Source: the human T2T-CHM13v2.0 reference genome, Homo sapiens. From it: DNA of 64,000 nt. Within the stretch, counting starts at the first letter, position 1, and the number at the start of each line of letters is the position of its first letter. The notes below the pieces were generated by a model, which worked only from the letters and a program-made list of their open reading frames with translations, made no database searches and was not told where the DNA came from. Where the stretch lies: the NCBI RefSeq assembly GCF_009914755.1, contig NC_060934.1; one strand, given 5' to 3'. The position numbers and the translations under genes were made by a program. This document shows positions 55,401-64,000 of this stretch, in pieces.

Positions 55401-58400
55401 GAATGGAATGGACACGAATGAAATGGAATGGAATGAAATGGAATAGAATTGAATCAAAAGGAATGTAATGGAATGAAATGGACTCAAATGGAATGGAATG
55501 GAAAGTAAAGCACTCAAAGGAATGGAATGGAATGGAATGGACTCGAATGGAATGCAATTGAATTGAATGGACTTGAAAGGAATATAATGTAATGTAATGT
55601 AAAGGAATGTAATGGAATGGAATGGAACGGAATGGACTCAAATGAAATTAAATGGAATGGACTCGAATGGAATGGACTGGACTCGAATGGATTGGAATGG
55701 AATAGACTCTAGTGGAATGGAATGGAATCGAATGGACTCGAGGTGAATGGAATGGAATGGACTCGAAAGGTATGGAATGGACTCGAATGGAGTGGAAAGG
55801 AATGGAATGGACTCGACTGGAACGGAATGGAGTGGAACGGAATGGAATGGACTCGACTGGAATGGAATGGAATGGAAAGGAGTCAAACGGAATGGAATGG
55901 AAAGGAGTCAAACGTAATGGAATGGAATGGAAAGGTCTCGAATGGAAAGGAATGGACTCAAACGGAAAGGAATAGAATTTACTCAAATGCAATGAAATGG
56001 ACTCAAATGTAATGGAATGGAATGATATGGACTCTAATGGAAAAACTGGAATTGAATGGAATGGACTTGAATATAATGGAATGGAATGGATTCGAATAGA
56101 ATTAAATGGAATGTACTCGAAAGGAATGGAATGCAATTGAATGTAATCTTATGGAATGGAATGGAATGGACTCGAATGGATTGGAATGGAATGGAAAGGA
56201 CTCGAATGGATTGGAATGGAATTGAATGGACTCGAAAGGAATGGAATGGAATACGGTGGAATGGACTCAAATGGAATGGAATGGAATGGAATGCAGTCAA
56301 ATGTAATGGAATGGATTCGAAGGCAGTGGAATGGAAAGGAATGGACTCGAATGGAATGGAAAGGAATGGTATGGACTCAAATGGAATGGAATGGAATATA
56401 ATCGAATGGAATGATATGCAATGGAAAGACCTTGAATTGAGTGGAATGGAAAGGACCCTAATGGAATGGAATGGAATGGAATGTTCTCAAAAGAATGGAC
56501 TGGAAAGCAATTAAATGGACTTGAATGGATTGGAATGGAATGGACTCGAACGGAAATTAATGGACTCTATAGGAATGAAATGGAATGGAATGGAATGCAT
56601 TCGAATGGAATGGAATGGAATGGAATGGAATGGAACGGACTCGAATGGAATGCAATGGAATGGACTTGAATGGAATGGAATGGAATTCACTCGAATGGAA
56701 TTGAGTGGAATGGACCGAATGGAATGAATTGTAATGGAAAGGAATGGACTCGTATTGAATGGAATGGAATGGAATGGAATGGACTCGAATGAAATTTAAT
56801 GGAATTGAATGGACACGAATTGAATGGAATGTACTCGAAAGGAACAGACTCGAATCGAATGGAATGGAATGGATTCAAAAGGAATAGAATGGATTGGAAT
56901 GGACTCGAATGGAATGGAATGGAATGTACTCATATGGAATGGAATGGACTCAAATGGAAAGGAATGGAATGGGCTCGAATCGAATAGAATGGAATGGAAT
57001 GGACTCGAGTGGAATGAAATGGAATGCAGGCGAATGGAATGGAGTGGGCTGGAATGGACTCAAAAGTAATGGAGTGGAATGGATTCGAATGGAAAGGAAT
57101 GGAACTCAATGGACTAGAATGGAATGGACTGTAACCAATTGGAATGGATTAGAATGGAATGGAATGGAATGGAATGGACCCTAATGGAATGGAATGGAAT
57201 TGAAAGGAATGAAATGGAATGGATTGGAATTTAATGTAATGTATATGAATGGACTCAAATGAAATGCAATTGAATTAAATGGACTCGAAGGAATAGAATG
57301 GAAAGGAATGGAAAGGAACGGAATGCAATTGACTCGACTGGAAAGGAATGGAATGGACTCGAATGGAACGGAATGCCCTCGAACGGAATGAATGGAATGG
57401 AATCAACTCGATTGGAATGGAATACGGAATGGAATGGAATGGACTCGAGTGGAATGGACTGGAATGGAATGGACTCGAATGGAATGGAATGGAACGGAAT
57501 GGAATGGAATGGACCCAAAAGGAATGGAATGGAATTGAATGGACTCGAATGGAAAGGAAAGGAATGGAATGGAATGGAATGGATCCAAAAAGAATGGAAT
57601 GGAATTGAATGGACTCGAATGGAAAGGAAAGGAGTGGAATACAATGGACTCAAATGGAATGGAATGGAATTGATGGACTCGAATTGAATGGAATGCAATG
57701 GACTTGAATATAATGGAATGTCCTCGAATGGAATGGAATGGAATGGAGTCAACTCGAGTAGAATGGAATATGTAATGGAATGGAATGGAATGGACTCGAG
57801 TGGAATGGAATGGAATAGAATGGACTCGAATGGAATGGAATGGACTGGAATATAATGTGATGGAATGGACTCGAATGTAATGGAATGGAATCAAATGGAG
57901 TGCAATGGAATGGACTCGAACAGAATGGAATGGAATTGACTCGAATGGAAAGGAATGGACTCGAATAGAATGTAATGGAATGGACTCGAATGGAACGGAA
58001 TGTAATGGCGTCGAATGGAATGCAATGGAATGGACTCGAATGTAATGGAATGGAATTGAATTGAATGGAATTGAATGGAAGAGACCCTAACGGAATGTAA
58101 TGGAAAGGAATGGTGTGGACTCTAATGGAGTGGAAAGGAATGGATTGGAACGGACTCGAATGGAATGTAATGGAATTGAATGGACATAAATGGAATGGAA
58201 TGGACATGAATGGAATGGACTCGAATGGAATGGAATTGAATGGATTCAAAAGGAATAGAACGGATTGTAATGGTCTCGAATGGAATGGAATGGAATGGAC
58301 TCGAATAGAATAGAATGGAATGGACTCGAATTGAATGAAATGGAATGGAGTCAAATGGAATGGAGTCTAATGGATTCAAATGGAAGGGAATGGAATGGAA

Positions 58401-61400
58401 TGGACCCGAATGGAATGCAATGTAGCCAATCTGAATGGACTCGAAAGGAAAGCAATGTAGAGAAATGATATGGACACGAATGGAATGGAATGGAATGGAA
58501 TGAAATGGACTCAAATGGAATGGAAACTAATGGCATGAAACGGAATGCAATGGAACGGAATGGAATGGAATGCAATGGAATGGAATAAAATCGAATGGAC
58601 TGGAGTAGAATGCCATTGAATTAAATGGATTCAAAAGGAATTCAGTGGAATGGAATGGACTGGACTGGAATGGAATGGAATGGACTTGAATTGAATGAAA
58701 TGGAATGCACTCGAATGTAAAGGAATGCCCTCAAATGGAATGGAATCAACTCGAGTGGAATGGACTCGAGTGGAATGGACTGGAATGGAATGAACTCGAA
58801 AGGAATGGAATAGAATGGACCCGAAAGGAATGGAATGGAATAGAATAGACTCGAGTGGAATGGACCTGAAAGGAGGGCAATGGAATAGAATGGACTCAAA
58901 TGGAATGGAACGTAACGGAATGGATCGGACTTGAATGGAACGGCATGGAATGGAATCGAATGGAATGGAATGGACTGGACCCGAATGGAATGGAATTGAC
59001 TGGAATGGAATGGAATGGAATGGAATTTACCCGAATGGAATGTAATGGAATAGAATGGATTGGGCTCAAATGGAATGGAATGGATTCAAATGGAATGGAA
59101 TGGAATGGACTCAAATGGAATAGCATGGAATGGAATGGACTCGAATGCAATGGAATGGAATGGACTCAAATGGAATGGAAAGGACTCGACGGGAATGGAG
59201 TGGAATGGACTCGAATGGAATGCAATGGAATTGAATGGAATCGAATTGAATGGAATGTAACGAAATGGAATGAACTCGTATGGAATGGAAAGTAATGGAA
59301 TGAAATGGGCTCGAATGGATTGGAATGGAATGGAATGGACTCAATGGAATGGAATGGAATGGAATGGGATGAAATAGAATGGAATGCATTTGAAATGAAT
59401 GGACCCGAAAAGAATGGAATGGAATGGATTGGAATGGAATGGAGTGAAATGGAATGGAATGGAATGGAATGGAGTGGAATTGAATGGAATGGAATGAAGT
59501 GGACTCGAATGGAATCGAATTGAATGGAATGGACTCGAATGAAATGGAATGGACTCGAATGGAATGGAATCGACTCGAGTGGAATGGAATGGAATGGAAT
59601 TGAACGGACTCAAATGAAATGGAATGCAGTGGAATTAACTCGAATGGCATGCAATGGAATGGAGTAGACTCGAATGGAATGGAATGGAATGGACTTGAAT
59701 GGAATAGAGTGGAATGGAATCGAATGGAATGGTGTGGAATGGAATGGACACGAATGGAATGCAGTGGAATGGACTTGAATGGAATGGCATGGAGTGGACT
59801 CCATTTGAATGGAATGGAATGGACTCAAATGGAATGGAATGGACTCGAATGGAATGGAAGTGAATGGAATGGACTCGAATTGATTAGAGCAGAATTTTAG
59901 GGTGTGGAATCAAATGTAATGGAAAGGAGCGGACTCGAATGGAATAAAACAGACTGGACTCGAAAGAAATGGAATGCAATGGAAAGAACTCGAATGCAAT
60001 GGAATGGAATGGACTTGAATAGAACGTAACAGTATTGAATGGACTTGAAAGGATTGGAATGGAAGGCAATGGAATGGACTGAAGTGGAATGGAATGGAAT
60101 TGACTCGAACGGAATTGAATGGATTGGACCCGAATGGAATGGAATGGAATGGACTCGAATTCAATGGCACGGAACGGACTGGATTGGAAGGGAATGGAAT
60201 GTAATGGATTTGAATGTAATGGAATGGAATGGATTCGAATGGAATGGAATGGAATGGAATGGAATGGACTCGAATGTAATGGAATGGACTCAAATGGAAT
60301 GGAATGGAATTTAATGGAATGGACTCTAATGGAATGGAAACTAATAGAAATGAATGGAACAGACTCAAATGGAATAGAATGGAATGGACTCGAATGGAAT
60401 GGAATGGTGTGGAATGGAATGGACTCGAATGGAATTGAGTAGAATGGACTCGAATGGAATGGAATGGAGTGGACTCGAATGGAATACAGTGGAATTTAAT
60501 GGAATGGACTCTAATGGAATGGAATGGAGAGGACTGGAATGGAATAAAACGGACTGGACTCGAATGGAATGGAATGGAATGGAAATGACTCGAATGGAAT
60601 GGAATGGAATGAACTCGAAGAGAAAGTAATGGGATTGAATGGACTTGAAAAAATTGTAATGGAATGCAATGGAATGGAATCAAAAGGAATGGAATGGAAT
60701 TGACTAGAATGGAATTGAATGGATTGGACCCGAATGGAATGGAATGGAATGTATTCGAAGTCAATGGAATGGAATGGACAGGATTGGAATGGAATGGAAA
60801 GGAATGGATTCGAATGGAATGGAATGGAATGGACTCGAGTGTAATGGGTCAGAAAGGAATGGTCTCGAATGAAAGAGAATGGAATGGACTCAAAAGGAAT
60901 AACATGGAATGGAATGGACTGGAATGCCATGGAATGGAATGGACACTAATCGAATGGAATGGTCTCGAATGGAATAGAATGGAATGGAATCAAAAGGAAT
61001 AACATGGAATGGAATGCCATGGAATGGAATGGACACGAATCGAATGGAATGGAGTCGAACAGAATGGAATCGAATGGAATGGACTCGAATGGAATGGTAT
61101 GTAAAGGAATAGAATAGACTCGAATGGAATGGAATGGAATGGAATGAAATGGAATCGAATGGAATGGAAGGGAAAGGAAAGGTGTGGAATTGAATGGAGT
61201 GGAATTTAAATGTAATGGACTCGAACGGATTGCAATTGAATTGACTGGACTTGAAAGGAATGGACTGGAATGGAAAGGAATGGACTCGAATCTAATGGAA
61301 TGGAATGAACTAGAATGGAATGGAATGGAATGGACTCTAATGGAATGGAATGGACTCGAATGGAATGGAATTGACTCAAAAGGAACGAAATGGAATGGAA

Positions 61401-64000
61401 TTTTTTTGAATGAAATGGAATGGAAAGGACTCGAATGGAAAGGAATTCAATGGAATGGACTCGAATGGAATGGAATGGAGTGGAATGGACTCTAATGGAA
61501 TGGAATGGAATTGAAGAGATTCGAATGGCATGGAATAGAATGTACTCGAATGAAATGGGTTGGAATGGAATGGACTCGAATGGAATGGAATGGAATGGAC
61601 TCAAATGGTATCAAAAGGAACAGAATGGACTGGAATGGAATGAAATGGAATCGACTCGAATGTAATTGTATGGATTCGAATGGAATGGAATGGAATGGAA
61701 TGGATTAGACTCAAATGGAATTGAACGGAATAGAATGGAATGTACTAGAATGGAATGGAATGGAATGGACTCAAATGAAATAGAATGGAATGGAATCGAA
61801 AGGAACGGAGTGGAATGGAATGGACTCGAATGAAATGGACACGAATGCAATGGAATGGACTCGAATGGAGTGGAAAAGAATGGACCCAAATGGAATGGAA
61901 TGGAATGGACTGGACTGGAATGGAATGGACTGGAATGGAATGGAATGGAATGGATTGGAATGGAATGGAATGGATTGGAATGGAATGGAATGAAATGGAG
62001 TGGAATGTAAGTGAATGGAATAGAATGGATGGAATGGAATGGACTCAAATGTACTGGAATGGAATGGACATGAATGGAATAGAATGGAATGGAATCAAAA
62101 GGAATGGAGTGGAATGGAATGGACTAGAATGGAATGGCATGGAAGGGACTCAAATAGAATGGAATGGAATTGAAAGAAATGTAATGAAACGTACCCAATT
62201 GGAATGGAATGGAATGGAATGTAAGGTACTGGAAGGGAATGGAATGGAATGGAATGCAGTGGACTTGAATGGAAAGAATGGAAAGGATCGGAAAGGACTC
62301 GATGGGAATGGAATGGAATGGACTCGAATGGAATTGAATGGACTCGAATGGAATGGAATGGAATTTAATTGAGCGGAGTCTAATGGAATGGAATCTAATG
62401 GAATTCAATGGAATGGACTCGAACAGAATAGAATGGAATGGACTCGAATGGAATGGAATGGAATGGACTCAAATCTAATTGAATGGAATGGACTCGAATG
62501 GAATGTAAAGGAATGGACTATAATGGAAAGGAATGGACTCGAACGGAATGGAATTGACTCAAAAGGAATGAAAAGGAATGGGATTTCTTCGAATGAAATG
62601 GAATGGAATGGACTCGAACGGAATGGAATTCAATGGAATGGACTCGAATGGAGTGGAATGGACTCAAATGGAATGGAATGGAATTGAAGAGATTCGAATG
62701 GAATGGAATGGAAAGTACTCGAATGAAATGGGTTGGAATGGAATGGAATCGAAAGGAATGGAATGGACTCAAATGGTATCAAATGGAACGGAATGGATTG
62801 GAATGGAATGAAATGGAATGTACTTGAATGGAATGGAATGGACTCGAATGGAATGGAATAGAATGGAATGGATTAGACTCAAATGGAATTGAATGGAATG
62901 GAATGTAGTGTGCTAGAATGGAATGTAACGGAATGGACATGAATGAAAAAGAATGGAATGGAATCAAATGGAATGGATTGGAATGGAATGGACTCGAATG
63001 AAATGGACACTAATGCAATGGAATGGACTCGAATGGAGTGGAAAAGAATGGACCCGAATGTAATGTAATGGAATGGAATGGATTGGAATGGAATGGAATG
63101 GACTGGAATGGAATGGAATGAAATGGAGTGGAATGGACATGAATGGAATAGAATGGATGGAATGGAATGGACTCGAATGGAATGGAATGGAATGGACACG
63201 AATGGAATAGAATGGAATGGAATCAAAAGGAATGGAGTGGAATGGAATGGACTCGAATGGAATGGCATGGAAGGGACTCGAAAAGAATGGAATGCACTTG
63301 AGTGAAAGGCAATGAAATGTAACAAATTGGAATGGAATGGAAGGTCCTGGAAGGGAATGGAATGGAATGGAATGCAATGGACTTGAATGGAAGAGAAAGG
63401 AATGGATCGGAAAGGACTCGATGGGAATGAAATGGAATGGACTCGAATGGAATTGAATGGACTCGAATGGAATGGAATGGAATTTCATTGAACGGACTCT
63501 AATGGAATGGAATCTAATGGAATGGAATGGAATGGACTCAAACTGAACAGAATGGAATGGACTCGAATGAAATGGAATGGAATGGACTCAAATGTAACGG
63601 AATGGAATGTATTCGAATGCAATGGAATGGAATTGAATGGTGTAGAAGGGAATGGAATGGAATGCAGTGGAATCGACTCGAATGGAATGGAATGGAATTG
63701 ACTCAAGGGGAATAGAATGGAATGCACCTGAATGGAATGGAATGGAATGGAATGGACTCGAATGGAATGGCATGAAGTGGAATGGACTCGAATGGAATGG
63801 AATGGAGTGGAATGGAATGGACTTGAATGGAATGGAATGGACTCGATAGGAATGGAAAGGAACGGAAAGGTGTGGTCTCGAATATAATGGAATGGAATGG
63901 AATTGCATGGAATGGAATGGACTCGAAAGGAATGGAATATAATTGCAATGACGCGAGTGGAATGGAATAGAATGGAATGGAAACGAATGTAATTTAACGG
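25423..64000 (+). repeat. Human satellite 3 (HSat3/HSATIII) array, diverged (GGAAT)n, probably HSat3A group; runs off the window end
   Basis: Continuous GGAAT pentamers with recurrent GGACTCGAAT and variants (GACTCAAAT, GACTTGAAT, GACACGAAT, GACCCGAAT). The HSat2 ATCATCGAATG motif and the HSat3B CAACCCGAGT motif are not characteristic here. Subfamily assignment is inference. Confidence 0.96.

Noticed and set aside
25373-63948. Hundreds of ORFs up to 476 aa (MEWNG.. on +, FHSIP.. on -)
   Set aside because: They are automatic translations of (GGAAT)n/(ATTCC)n, whose perfect repeat has no stop codon in any frame. They overlap in all frames and show no domain, promoter or splice evidence.
25423-64000. 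CRISPR-like repeat/spacer appearance of recurring GGACTCGAAT
   Set aside because: The intervening sequence is itself pentamer repeat rather than unique spacers. There are no cas genes and the context is primate.
25423-64000. HSat2 or chr9-type HSat3B assignment, and an HSF1 stress-body array
   Set aside because: The HSat2 ATCATCGAATG and HSat3B CAACCCGAGT motifs are not characteristic of this array. The GAA units are mostly direct repeats, so HSF1 binding cannot be claimed from the sequence.

Overview
Primate, almost certainly human, genomic DNA spanning a boundary between interspersed-repeat sequence and satellite. Positions 1-~25,422 are AT-rich, non-coding and intron-like. They are packed with Alus (J, S, Y and a FAM monomer), old L1/L2/MIR fragments, MaLR/ERVL LTRs (THE1 and MST with intact 5-bp TSDs, MLT1, LTR33-like) and simple repeats. 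Positions ~25,423-64,000 are one single-orientation, diverged (GGAAT)n classical satellite array: HSat3, with a GGACTCGAAT-rich signature suggesting the HSat3A group. I see no credible protein-coding gene or RNA gene. The hundreds of MEWNG/FHSIP ORFs are translations of the pentamer. I did not find evidence for a new biological system. The best observations are structural: a base-resolved satellite junction just beyond an MST LTR's TSD, a near-perfect 126-bp AT-rich palindrome, several slippage or templated-insertion scars, and nested duplications inside the satellite (25 bp to ~12 kb offsets). Repeat subfamily calls are by eye and need RepeatMasker/Dfam confirmation.
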